From positions 21,227,961-21,275,897 of the forward strand of contig NC_068989.1 of the NCBI RefSeq assembly GCF_001194135.2: a DNA stretch of 47,937 nucleotides, given 5' to 3'. This document shows positions 36,672 through 47,937 of this stretch, piece by piece. The translations under genes were made by a program, and so were the position numbers. Origin of the DNA: Octopus bimaculoides. Lineage: Eukaryota. Under the pieces are notes generated by a model that was not told the DNA's origin, ran no database searches, and saw nothing but the letters and a program-made list of their open reading frames with translations. Position 1 is the stretch's first letter. The number at the start of each line of letters is the position of its first letter.

Positions 36672-37596
36672 TTAATTTCGGATTTGTTGCTGGCGCCTTT
36701 CGAGCCTGCGGCGGAGATTGTTATAGCTTCTGACGCTTCTGAATATGGTGTAGGAGCATTTTAGCTACACAAATATAAAGACGGTAATATGAAGGCGGTG
36801 GTTCATGCCTCACGTACTCTGATTGGAGCAGAAAAGAAACTAGTCAGATAGAAAAAGAAGCTCTAGCGATTATTTTTGCCGTGAAGAAATTTGACAGATT
36901 TCTCCATGGTAGATATTTTCGACTTCAGACGGACCACCGACAGTTACTATCAATTTTCGGATCGAAGAAAGGAATTCCTACCCATACAGCTAACAGATAA
37001 CAACGCTTAGGTACAATATAGTTAAATTACAACTTTAAGATAGAGCACATTCCTTCTAAGAAAATTGACCATGCGGATTGTTTATCTAGGCTAACTCCGA
37101 AGTGTGCGGAATCGCTGGAAGATACAGTGATAACTGCATTACAACCAGAAAAGGAAATTAAAACCGTTATGTGTGATGTCATTCAGGAGTTGCCAGTGAC
37201 TGTACAAGATATAAAAAGTAAATCAGCGGAGGACAAAAACATCATAAAAATGAAGGAAACCTTGAAAAGTAAACAAAAAGAGAAACACAAATACGAACCA
37301 TTTTTACTCCGCGACGATGTATTAATGTACGCACAAAGAGTGGTAATACCAACTACACTACAGAAATAATGACTGAAAGAATTGGAAACATGAGGCATTT
37401 AATAAAGGGCCAACGATGGGAGCATAAATGACACCTAAATCAGTTAAAAATCAGAAATAAAGAAGAAAGGACGGAAAGTCCAAAGGAAGTGTTCGATGTG
37501 GAAGCATCGAAAGATATTGGGTCTAGAAGGAGTAGTAACAGAAAACGTAAACAGACTGAACATTTAGAAATAATTCCTAAGCGGAAAAAGTACTGA
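36672..37596 (+). mobile_element. Ty3/Gypsy pol remnant (RNase H, start of integrase region, C-terminus), with stops and a large internal deletion
   Basis: LISDLLLAPFEPAAEIVIASDASEYGVGA...HASRTL...[46 protein letters not shown]...HADCLSRL; LMYAQRVVIPTTLQ. Confidence 0.92.
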
Positions 37597-37715
37597 ACTC
37601 CCTAGGGAATCAAAATTTCAGAAAGGGAGAAGTGTAGTGAAAAAATTAAAAATAAATAAATAGATAAATAAATATCGTTTCCTACGGAAGTCGAAATCTC
37701 AAAAGGAGAGATAGA

Positions 37716-37999
37716 TGTTATGGTGAGAGTTATGATACCCCTTGCGAAAATAGACTTGACACAGAGCGACTATAAATAGTAGCGAGTGAGATAATAAGAT
37801 AGTAGGTGTTAATCGTAGGAAGTTGTAAGGTGATGTTTTGGTAGTTGGTTGGAATATCGTTTGTTGGTTCGTGTATAATTCATGGAGAGTTTGTTTGCAT
37901 TGTTACGTTGTTGTTACCCTACTTCGTTATATGTTTTATTGTTACTACACGGTTATAGTGTAAACAAGTATCGTCCTAAATTGTGGCGATACTATAATA
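37716..37999 (+). mobile_element. Gypsy LTR preceded by a PPT and followed by a PBS
   Basis: Purine tract aaaaggagagataga (37701-37715), TGTTAT start, TATAAATAG TATA-like at ~37769, ...CTATAATA end (degenerate inverted repeat), TGGCGACGAG at 38002-38011. Confidence 0.65.
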
Positions 38000-38584
38000 A
38001 TTGGCGACGAGTAACTACGTTACAATAGACATGAATATCTCTTCTTCCATATATTAGGGTTTTTCCTCTCAGTTTGGTGCTGCCTCTTTTGCCAATGTAA
38101 ACGTGCTTCTGGAACTAATCTTAAATTAACTGATACGCCATAACTGGTATCTGAAATAACTAGTACGTTAAAATCCCATCTGTAAGAGACCAATTTATAA
38201 CTTCTTAAATTGTTACCCCTTTTCTTGGAGAGTCAATATCAATTGCCGTTTGGTCTTTATTTTCTTTCTCCACCTAAAAGGAAAATGATTTTTTTTTTTT
38301 TTTTGCAAACGCCATCCTGAACATCATCCCTTAACATATTAGCCCATTTCAATTATCTTCCCCCGCTCAATTAATTCTTTCTTCAGTAATCGACCTTAAT
38401 GTTGCCTCTGTTTTTGTTGCTAGTTTATTGTGACAGGAAGTTAACGTTCAGCATATCCTCAGTTTGTAGCTGTATCGATTTTGTTTGAAGAAGGCTTCTT
38501 TGGAGACTACATAACCTTCTAGAACTGCTCCGTGATTGAATTTACTGTGATATTATTATCATTATTATTATTATTGTTGTTGTT

Positions 38585-38915
38585 CAGTAGTTTTATTTTT
38601 ATAATGTGCTTTCACTTCACTACCGAGCGCAGTTCTGTGTGCCTTGGGTATGTGCTGTGGTTTGCTGTGATGCTCTTATGGTTACTGTATTGAAAGTGTT
38701 TTGCGTAGGATGTGTGCAGTGCCCAGTAGTGCAATTTTCTGTATGTTATATATATTTGTAAGTCCTGGTGTTTTTGTTATGTATTTGTCTGAATATTTTT
38801 TTATTATACCTAAGGCACCTACTATGATAGGAATTGTTTCTGTTTTTAGATTCCACATTCGAGTTACCTCTATTTCCAGGTCTTTGTATTTTGAAAGTTT
38901 TTCCATTTCTTTATT
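38585..38915 (-). mobile_element. 5'-truncated R4/Dong-type element (endonuclease C-terminus plus 3' UTR) in (TAA)n
   Basis: EMEKLSKYKDLEIEVTRMWNLKTETIPIIVGALGIIKK...QKIALLGTAHILRKTLSIQ* (stop at 38682); (AAT)n on both sides. Confidence 0.88.
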
Positions 38916-38924
38916 ATTATTATT

Positions 38925-39577
38925 NNNNNNNNNNNNNNNNNNNNNNNNNNNNNNNNNNNNNNNNNNNNNNNNNNNNNNNNNNNNNNNNNNNNNNNNNNNN
39001 NNNNNNNNNNNNNNNNNNNNNNNNNNNNNNNNNNNNNNNNNNNNNNNNNNNNNNNNNNNNNNNNNNNNNNNNNNNNNNNNNNNNNNNNNNNNNNNNNNNN
39101 NNNNNNNNNNNNNNNNNNNNNNNNNNNNNNNNNNNNNNNNNNNNNNNNNNNNNNNNNNNNNNNNNNNNNNNNNNNNNNNNNNNNNNNNNNNNNNNNNNNN
39201 NNNNNNNNNNNNNNNNNNNNNNNNNNNNNNNNNNNNNNNNNNNNNNNNNNNNNNNNNNNNNNNNNNNNNNNNNNNNNNNNNNNNNNNNNNNNNNNNNNNN
39301 NNNNNNNNNNNNNNNNNNNNNNNNNNNNNNNNNNNNNNNNNNNNNNNNNNNNNNNNNNNNNNNNNNNNNNNNNNNNNNNNNNNNNNNNNNNNNNNNNNNN
39401 NNNNNNNNNNNNNNNNNNNNNNNNNNNNNNNNNNNNNNNNNNNNNNNNNNNNNNNNNNNNNNNNNNNNNNNNNNNNNNNNNNNNNNNNNNNNNNNNNNNN
39501 NNNNNNNNNNNNNNNNNNNNNNNNNNNNNNNNNNNNNNNNNNNNNNNNNNNNNNNNNNNNNNNNNNNNNNNNNNNNN
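38925..39577. other. Assembly gap (N)
   Basis: N run within (ATT)n. Confidence 0.99.
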
Positions 39578-39579
39578 GG

Positions 39580-39786
<207 letters not shown>

Positions 39787-39985
39787 GAGGAGGCGAGCTG
39801 GCAGAATCGTTAGCACGCTGGACGGAATTCTTAACGTCGCTACGTTCTTGGTTCAAATTCCATCGAGGTCGACTTTGCCTTTCATCCTTTCGGGATCGAT
39901 AGAATAAGTACGAGTTGAAGACTGGGGCTCACTGTAATAAACTCATCTGCACTTCCCCCAAGCTGCCCTTGTGGCAAAAACTTGA
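39787..39985 (+). mobile_element. SINE family A, near full length, within AAT repeats
   Basis: ggcgagctggcagaatcgttagcacg...ggttcaaattcc (B box)...gaggtcgactttgcctttcatcctttcggg. Confidence 0.85.
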
Positions 39986-40113
39986 AATAATAATAATAAT
40001 AGTACTACTACTACTACTAATAATAATAATATTTATTATTATTATTATTATCTATAATAATAATAATATTTATTATTATTATTATTATTTATAATAATAA
40101 TACTAATAATAAA

Positions 40114-40162
<49 letters not shown>

Positions 40163-40165
40163 GTA
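39986..40165. repeat. (AAT)n/(ATT)n microsatellite
   Basis: Direct inspection. Confidence 0.9.
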
Positions 40166-40199
40166 TTTTCTTCGTCTTATGTAACTATATTCATCTCAC

Positions 40200-40820
40200 A
40201 TCTTGCTGAGATTACCTATGGATCCTCTAGATAGGCTTAGGTTTCCTTCTATTTCTGCGTCCGCCATTTATGCTAGCAAATTTGTGGTTTTAATGAGGAT
40301 CTACTAACGATGCGTCTTAATGAGGCTAGTAGTGCTCTAAATATAGTGGATTTCACGCATGTAACATAGTGAGTTGAAAATCTTCAATCCACTAATGCTT
40401 ACAGCTTTTAGTAGTCAAAAATGTTCTCTAGGAAAGTTAAAACCAAAATCAACAAGCAAGGTAGACAGTCTAATATAATCAGTTAGTCAAAATAGTTGAA
40501 CAGTGCGCAGTGAGATAGATCTCGTCTCTAAGTCAAACTGGTGAGAACAATTAATATATCTAAGAGTAAGCTACCCTGTTGTCAAGAGTAAAAGTGGTCA
40601 GTATATATAGAACTAAAGAGAATGTAGTGACGTTGATAACAATTAGTCCCGATATATGTATATCGGATAACCTTGTGTTTGCTACATCATAGCAAAGTAC
40701 TCTAGAGATTTCTTTTTGCAAGATATTTGAAAAAGAATTGGTTGCTATGTTTAAACGATCGAGCATCCGCACGATTTTCTGAGCAGGTTGTACGTAGTCG
40801 TGTTTTACATCCAATTAAGT
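40200..40820 (-). mobile_element. Possible decayed R2/NeSL-type non-LTR RT thumb fragment
   Basis: VQPAQKIVRMLDRL resembles LKPxQKxxxL; the rest is highly diverged. Confidence 0.3.
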
Positions 40821-41153
40821 TGTGAAGGAGCAGATTCATAATCAAATCCAATCCTTTGCTACGCCCATCACACTTTTTATTAAGTATTTTTAAATGTCAT
40901 ATCTCACGGTGTACATTATTAAAAGTGTCTTTCTTTTTAAAAAGCTGCATTGAATGGGATATGGCTGCTATTTATTGCAAGTCCAGGGACCGTGTAAGAG
41001 GCACATTCTCCTGGTATTTGAACAAATGGTGGTCTTTATCCATGGACCAGCTCTGATTAAGAAGGCATATGGTCAAAAGTGTTCCAGCTTTGACCATTCC
41101 AACTATTTGTGTATCAAGCAGGACATTATCTAGTGCACTCCTTATTTAAGATG

Positions 41154-41616
41154 GTGGAGGCGCAATGGCCCAGTGGTTAGGGCAGTGGACTCGCGGTCAT
41201 AGGATCGCGGTTTCGATTCCCAGGCCGGGCGTTGTGTGTGTTTATTGAGCGAAAACACCTAAAGCTCCACGAGGCTCCGGCAGGGGTGGGGNNNNNNNNN
41301 NGTTTATTGAGCGAAAACACCTAAAGCTCCACGAGGCTCCGGCAGGGGTGGGGTGGGGTGGCGAACCGTGCTGTACTCTTTCACCACCACTTTCTCTCAC
41401 TCTTACTTCCTGTTTCTGTTGTGCCTGTAATTCAAAGGGTCACTCTTGTCACACTGTGTCACGCTGAACATCCCCGAGGACTATGTTAAGTGTACACGTG
41501 TCTGTGAAGTGCTCAGCCACTTGCACGTTAATTTCACGAGCAGGCTGTTCCGTTGATCTGATCAACTGGAACCCTCGACGTCGTAAGCGATGGAGTGCTA
41601 ACAACAACAACAACAA
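41154..41616 (+). mobile_element. SINE family C (with 10-N gap and overlap artefact)
   Basis: Colinear with 30653-31034; (CAA)n tail. Confidence 0.92.
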
Positions 41617-41978
41617 AGTTGTTACGTTGTAATTTGTAGAAGATATAGTTCTTAATTTCTGTCATATTGAGTGACCGTGTATTTAGCTTAACTATTTTAT
41701 CAACATGTTATCTAATATGTTACTGATATGGACACTTCAATTTTAAACCGACTATTAATTGCCGGCGACAATGGTGAAGCTTACTTCATCTTCGCCACAA
41801 ATTAATTGATATTGTAATTTTATCACGTAGAAAGTGTTGCCTCTCTTCAGCAAACGGATTTCAATGAATTACAAGATTAAGATGATGCACGAGGAAAGGA
41901 ATAATCGAGGTAAGAATGAGTATCTGTGGATTTGCAGAATGCTGAGCTGGACAGGTACATGTTATTAATAGCATCAGA

Positions 41979-42165
41979 GAAGGTGGCAGACTCGCTAAAT
42001 GGTTAACGATTCGGACAGAATGCTTAGCGACATTTCTTCCGATTCTTTACGTACTGGCTTCAAATTCCGCCAAGGTTGACTTTGTCTCTGAAATAAGTAG
42101 TAAGTGAGCTCTGAGGTCGATGTAATTGACTTACCCCCTCCCGTAAAATCGCTAGCTTTCTGCCA
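41979..42165 (+). mobile_element. SINE family A
   Basis: gaaggtggcagactcgc...aatgcttagcgacatttc...ttcaaattccgccaaggttgacttt...gaggtcgatgtaattgactt. Confidence 0.75.
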
Positions 42166-43369
42166 AAGTTTTACATAATTATAAATGGTGACAGGGACCT
42201 TACAGAAGCTGATGGCGATCAAGACAGTAGAAGTGAATTCTGTTGGTGCAAGTAAATGGTCGATGAATAAGATGAAGCGGATGAGTTCTCTTGTAATAAA
42301 CACTGGAGCAGCCATTATTCAAACGTTAGTATAGCTTTGGGTTCATACAGTAAAATAGGAGGAAATATGAACCTCGAGCCAGTCTATAATAGGCTTGGTG
42401 TAACTGAAGTCAGTCACAGTAGCCACAGCTACGACACTAAAATATAGAAAAAAGTTGAAAATGAGGACAAGTGGAGCTGATTGGGAAGTATGGTGAAGTT
42501 GGATTCAGGAACTGGACAATAGTAAAAGAGGAATAGTTTTCTTGTTGATGAAAATCAAGTCAGCTCTAACAAAGTAGTTTGGCTGTGATTATCCATCTTT
42601 TCTTTAACAGGAATTTATTGTTCGATGTGTCCATAGTTTTTCTTTTATAACGGTGAGGCCCGATTTGACAATGCCTTGTCTGCTATTACCAGCAATGTAG
42701 TAAGGCTATTAGAACATCGTTTTAGGTGAGAGTGAAGGCAAAGACTGATTGTTTTTGAGCAAGTAAGATTTTACCCAGTCGGTAACTACAATGAGAAAAA
42801 TTGGTTCCAGATTAATCACCGAATTCTTTCGCTTGCCTATGGACAATGTTCGTAACTTACGAATGTATACAGAAAAGTTTCAAGAAATGGTTGATAAATT
42901 TAAGTAGTAAAATCAAAGACCAAATAAAGAAATTAGTCTGTGTTAGCACAGATTATTTGGTTAGCGGAAACTGTGTAGAAGCTCGTCATTTGTCTGTGAA
43001 CATGCATATATGTCTGGAACTGTATTTACATTTTGTATCTCTCATATTAACTGTCCGACAAATAAGGTCACTAAAAGTGATATTAACAATGAAAAAAGTA
43101 TTAAAGTCGATATGATGAACTTGGTCTTTGAAGACTGTACCCCATCATAGCCGCAGTTTAAAGACTTAAATTAGTAAAAGATGTCCAGTTCATGTATATG
43201 TTGATAATAACCATACGTAAATGTAATTTCCTGCTGTAAGAATTAACAAGTACTCAATTATGTAAACGGAAATGAAGCTACGGAGAGAAAGGTAACAGAT
43301 AAAAAAAGGTCACTGTTATGGCTACAAAGAATGACACATTTTACTTACATACCAAAACAAACTGCTTCA

Positions 43370-43560
43370 AATTTAGGGACAAGGACAGCAATTTTGGGCA
43401 AAGATGATTAGCCGATTACATCGACCTCAATAACTGAGTAGTACAACATTTTATCAAAACCGAGAGGATAAAATGTAAAGTTAACTTCGGTGAGATTTGA
43501 ACTCAAAATATAACGAGCTGGAAAATATACGGCAAAGTGTTTATGCCGATGATCCTGGCA
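43370..43560 (-). mobile_element. SINE family A, degenerate
   Basis: gacagcaattttggg...gattacatcgacc...gataaaatgtaaagttaacttcggtgagatttgaactca. Confidence 0.65.
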
Positions 43561-43964
43561 ATCTGCTTTCTACAAAAATGAACTGTCAATAATGGTTTGA
43601 TTTATTGCAGAAATAATATTTTCAATTATTTCTATTTACTGACTTGTGAAAAATTCTAAGATTATTTATGTAATGATATCCATATATGAAAAATATTTCA
43701 TTTCACTTTATTTATCAAATCAATGCGACTATATTGTGTTGAAAACATCGATTCTCCTCTGATCACGGACGTGAAACTAGGTTAAAACTAATCGGTAGTA
43801 CATTGATGAGCGACTGTTTCGGGAACCTAGATGTAAACAAAATCTCCAGCTTTAGTCAAAGGCATAAATGTGTGTTTAAGAACTACACTTCACAACGACT
43901 TGGGTTTAGATTCAGTCCAACTGCCCTGTAAGTGTTCCTGCTAAAGAGCCTTGCCGGATATCCG

Positions 43965-43988
43965 TCATACATACATACATACGTACAC

Positions 43989-44027
<39 letters not shown>

Positions 44028-44476
44028 TACACACACATACACACACACACACACACNNNNNNNNNNNNNNNNNNNNNNNNNNNNNNNNNNNNNNNNNNNN
44101 NNNNNNNNNNNNNNNNNNNNNNNNNNNNNNNNNNNNNNNNNNNNNNNNNNNNNNNNNNNNNNNNNNNNNNNNNNNNNNNNNNNNNNNNNNNNNNNNNNNN
44201 NNNNNNNNNNNNNNNNNNNNNNNNNNNNNNNNNNNNNNNNNNNNNNNNNNNNNNNNNNNNNNNNNNNNNNNNNNNNNNNNNNNNNNNNNNNNNNNNNNNN
44301 NNNNNNNNNNNNNNNNNNNNNNNNNNNNNNNNNNNNNNNNNNNNNNNNNNNNNNNNNNNNNNNNNNNNNNNNNNNNNNNNNNNNNNNNNNNNNNNNNNNN
44401 NNNNNNNNNNNNNNNNNNNNNNNNNNNNNNNNNNNNNNNNNNNNNNNNNNNNNNNNATATATACATATACATACAC

Positions 44477-44515
<39 letters not shown>
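43965..44515. repeat. (CA)n/(GT)n microsatellites around N gap 44057-44456
   Basis: Direct inspection. Confidence 0.9.
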
Positions 44516-44516
<1 letters not shown>

Positions 44517-44889
44517 CTCTGTGTGTGTAACTCTGTGTGTGTGTACGCAATTGCATGCGTGAGTGTATTTGTGTGGGCATGTCTTTGTACTACACTCTTA
44601 TGCTTAAATAGCCGGTGTTTGTTTGCCTTTTTGCAGCAAAACTGTTCACTTAGGAGATCGGTAGGATAAGCATCAGGCTTAAAAAAAAAAAGAAAATGGA
44701 CTGGGGTTGATATGATTGACTAAACCCTTTAAAGTGGTACCTAAATTCGTGCCACAATTTTATGACAAAAACAGATAAAAGAATAAAGAATTAAAAACAA
44801 TATTAAAACAAGTGACTTACTGAAGTTTATTTCTGGATTCTTTTATTATATTGCTGTGTCAAATGCTAATTTTCCAAATGAATCAGAAG

Positions 44890-45250
44890 ACATGGATTTC
44901 TGTTTCCGTCTATCAAATCCATTCACAAGACTTTGAATAGCCTGAGGTTATGGTAGAAGGTACTTTCCCAACGTGCCACGCAGTGGTACTGGACTTAAGA
45001 CTACACATATGAAATAATTTCCTTCTTAACGTTATCAGAAGAAGCGGAATCAATCTAACATTGCGTGTTACAAGGGTATACCTTTTAAATTTCATGTACA
45101 AATTCACTCGATGGTCTTATATAAAGTTTCCGGCATGGCCAATCTGACTGAATAGAAAATATTTGCCCAAGATACCACTCGTTGGGATAGAACCTGAGAT
45201 ATCTTGACTGTGCAGCAAACTCCTTAATCGGCCGAACAATGTAATCAAAC
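44890..45250 (-). mobile_element. Two SINE family B head fragments
   Basis: ttctgtttccgtctatcaaatccattcacaagactttg...cccaacgtgccacgcagtgg and tgcccaagataccactcgttgggatagaacc. Confidence 0.6.
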
Positions 45251-45399
45251 TACACGAGCATTGAACAATGTAGTACTTGTGATACAAAAACAGATGATAG
45301 CCGTAAATGGAATGCATTTAATCATATGCATTTCTATTAACATAAGGTCAGACAGCAGTAATTTGCAAACGAGCCAACAAGGAGGCCTATACGAAGGAG

Positions 45400-45560
45400 T
45401 TTGACATGTTTGAAACAGCAGCCAAATTTCTCTCAAATCATACTGCCGTTTTAAAAATAATGAATAATGTTTTATGGAACCTAGTCATGACCGAAATGCC
45501 TTTGGTTCTAAGTTTGTTATGTCAGGGCTGACCCGAGATTAAACAATAGTAACAACAACA
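45400..45560 (+). mobile_element. SINE-like 3' fragment with (AAC)n tail
   Basis: acagcagccaaatttctctcaaatc...gtcatgaccgaaatgcctttg...cagggctgacccgagattaaacaa. Confidence 0.5.
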
Positions 45561-46774
45561 ACTAGTATCACACTATCTTATAAATAACGTCTCGTTCTTT
45601 AGAAAGAAACCAAAGACCATTTTTAACTGCATGTCAAGAAATCCTGTCTCTAAGTCAGGGATTTACTTCTCTGTTAAGTAGTCATCTCTTGGCTTGTCTG
45701 TGGAAGCACTTTAATATGTCCAGATGTATGCATTCTTATGTATTTTCGTACAACATTTTAATTTACTTGTCATATGTCAAATATAGAAATCTACGGTTTC
45801 ATTTCACTTTAAAAGACAAATTACTTGTTGCTGCGTGGGTGGAAGTTATTCAAAGAAACGTTGTTAGAAGGGCGGGGAAGAGGATGAAAAATCTTGAGGA
45901 GGTGGTATCTTAGGAAGTTGGGATGGCGGTGAGATATTGGCTTTGTGTGAGCAGCTCACTGAGTATGTGAGTGGTAGTGAGTTACACATTCAGATTGGGG
46001 ATTGGCTGATTTAGAAGAAGTATTGTGGATGACATGACAGAAAATGTTAGAAAGACTATGAATGAGTTAGAGAAGAAAGTGAAGGGGGGGAGGAAAACAG
46101 TGAAGAGAAAGCGAAATAAAGAGATAAATAAAGATAGGAAGGCTAATTGACGGTAGGGAAAGAAAAGATGTGAAATAAAAACGTAAACAAAAGCAAAAAA
46201 AAGTGTTAATACCAAATAAGAAAATGTAGATAAGATGAAAGAGAAGGCAGCTTATATATACATATGTGTGTATATGTGTGTGTGTGTGTATGTGTGTGTG
46301 TGTGTGTGTGTGTGTACATACATATATTTATATGCATGCATGTATGTATATATACATAATGTTTGTGTATAGTATATGTTTATGCATACGCAGAGTCAGA
46401 AATTATATGATAGTTATTGTATACAGAGAGGGCGAGAGAGAAAGAAGTGGTGAATGTATGAGAAACGAGGAGAGAAAAAGAGAAAACAACAGACTCTATG
46501 GGGTGTAATTACTAGGAGAAAGAGAGAGCAAAGCGAGAGCAATGGAAATAGGAAGAGAGAGAGGTGGTGTAGTGAGAGAGTGAGTGAGTGAGTGAGTATG
46601 TGAGTGAGTGAGTGAAAGAGTGAGTCGAACGAGTTGGGAGAGCTGAAACTAAACATCGACAGAACATAGAGGAGAAACGCAAAAGTGGTGGGGGCGGGGA
46701 TGAATATGAGTTAGGATGTGTGTGCTTGAGAAGATAAACACAGACAGGAAGAGAAACGGAGACAGTATAAATGT

Positions 46775-46783
46775 GCATGTGCA

Positions 46784-46836
<53 letters not shown>

Positions 46837-46870
46837 GTGTGTGTGTGTGTGCGTGTGTGTGTGTGTATGT
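46775..46870. repeat. (GT)n microsatellite
   Basis: Direct inspection. Confidence 0.95.
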
Positions 46871-47426
46871 ATACACGTCTGTATGAAGGGCGGAATATAC
46901 GGTAGTTGTCGAATGCCTGGAAAGGAAAAGAAGAAAAGCTCAGTATTCATTTAGAACGAGAGGAAAAGGAAGAGATGAAGGCGGAGAGTAGAAGGTAGTG
47001 GGAGGCAATAACTGTAATTAGAAAGGAAGAAAGTTTGGTTGAGAACTATAAACTACAAAGGGGGCGTATGTATGCGTATATACGTATGCATGCATGTAAG
47101 TATGTGCGTGTGAAATGTATAGATATATTTGCTAATATATGCAAGGTGTCAATGGGAAGTGCATCCTAGAAGACAGCATATGGAAAGTTCACGAGAGTAT
47201 GCGGAAATTGGCTTCGTGTGTGTTTGTGCGTGCGTGTATATGTGTGTTTGGTAGATAATGTATGAGCAAACAGATGAATGCACACATCTGCATATACACA
47301 AATAAAACTAAATACACACACATAGATTCATTGATCACAACACTCCACCACTCACATGCGTGCAGTCACTTGAAGAACTTTGATGTATCGAAGCCAAAGG
47401 GATATATGTCGCTGTGTATGAGTGTG

Positions 47427-47491
<65 letters not shown>

Positions 47492-47520
47492 TTGTGCACA
47501 CACACACACACACACACACA

Positions 47521-47889
47521 TGTTGGCACTCCGTCGGTTACGACGACGAGGGTTCCAGTTGATTCGATCAACGGAACAGCCTGCTCGTGAAATTAACGTG
47601 CAAGTGGCTGAGCACTCCACAGACACGTGTACCCTTAACGTAGTTCTCGGGGGAGATTCAGCGTGACACAGAGTGTAACAAGGCTGGCTCTCTGAAATAC
47701 AGGTACAATCAGAAACAGGAAGTAAGAGTGAGAGAAAGTTGTGGTGAAAGAGTACAGCAGGGTTCGCCACCATCCCCTGCCGGAGCCTCGTGGAGCTTTA
47801 GGTGTTTTCGCTCAATAAACACTCACAACGCCCGGTCTGGGAATCGAAACCGCGAGTCCGCTGCCCTAGCCACTGGGCCATTGCGCCTC

Positions 47890-47892
<3 letters not shown>
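47521..47892 (-). mobile_element. SINE family C inserted in a (CA)n microsatellite
   Basis: Reverse complement of the 30653-31034 family; short deletion in the tRNA head between ccgcga repeats; (CA)n on both flanks. Confidence 0.92.
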
Positions 47893-47920
<28 letters not shown>

Positions 47921-47937
47921 ACATACATAAATATGTA

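Noticed and set aside
41240-41352. ~50-bp duplication inside the SINE either side of a 10-N gap
   Set aside because: Typical unmerged contig overlap; absent from the other two copies.

Overview
AT-rich, microsatellite-dense animal genomic DNA with ten N gaps. The short interspersed repeat families look like octopus/cephalopod SINEs (recognised from memory, not searched). Almost all ORFs in the supplied track are microsatellite or gap artefacts. One credible host exon is present: a minus-strand first coding exon (2123-2188) encoding a signal-peptide-like sequence, MWKFFIVTFILQVGLGTVLSVK, ending at a GTAAGG splice donor. It sits in a ~3.8 kb zone free of recognisable transposons that probably holds a long 5' UTR and promoter; the rest of the gene would lie left of the window. 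The remaining ~43 kb is a decayed transposon landscape: Penelope-like elements (one with a twin-priming-type 5' inversion), CR1-like, RTE-like and R4/Dong-like LINE fragments, a Ty3/Gypsy remnant with an unusual PPT-LTR-PBS order, Helitron/Helentron-type non-autonomous elements, a mariner-like remnant and at least four SINE families. I see no intact transposon ORF, RNA gene or CRISPR array, and no clearly new biological system. The best leads are the exon and several mechanistically informative retroelement structures. All translations and alignments were done by eye.
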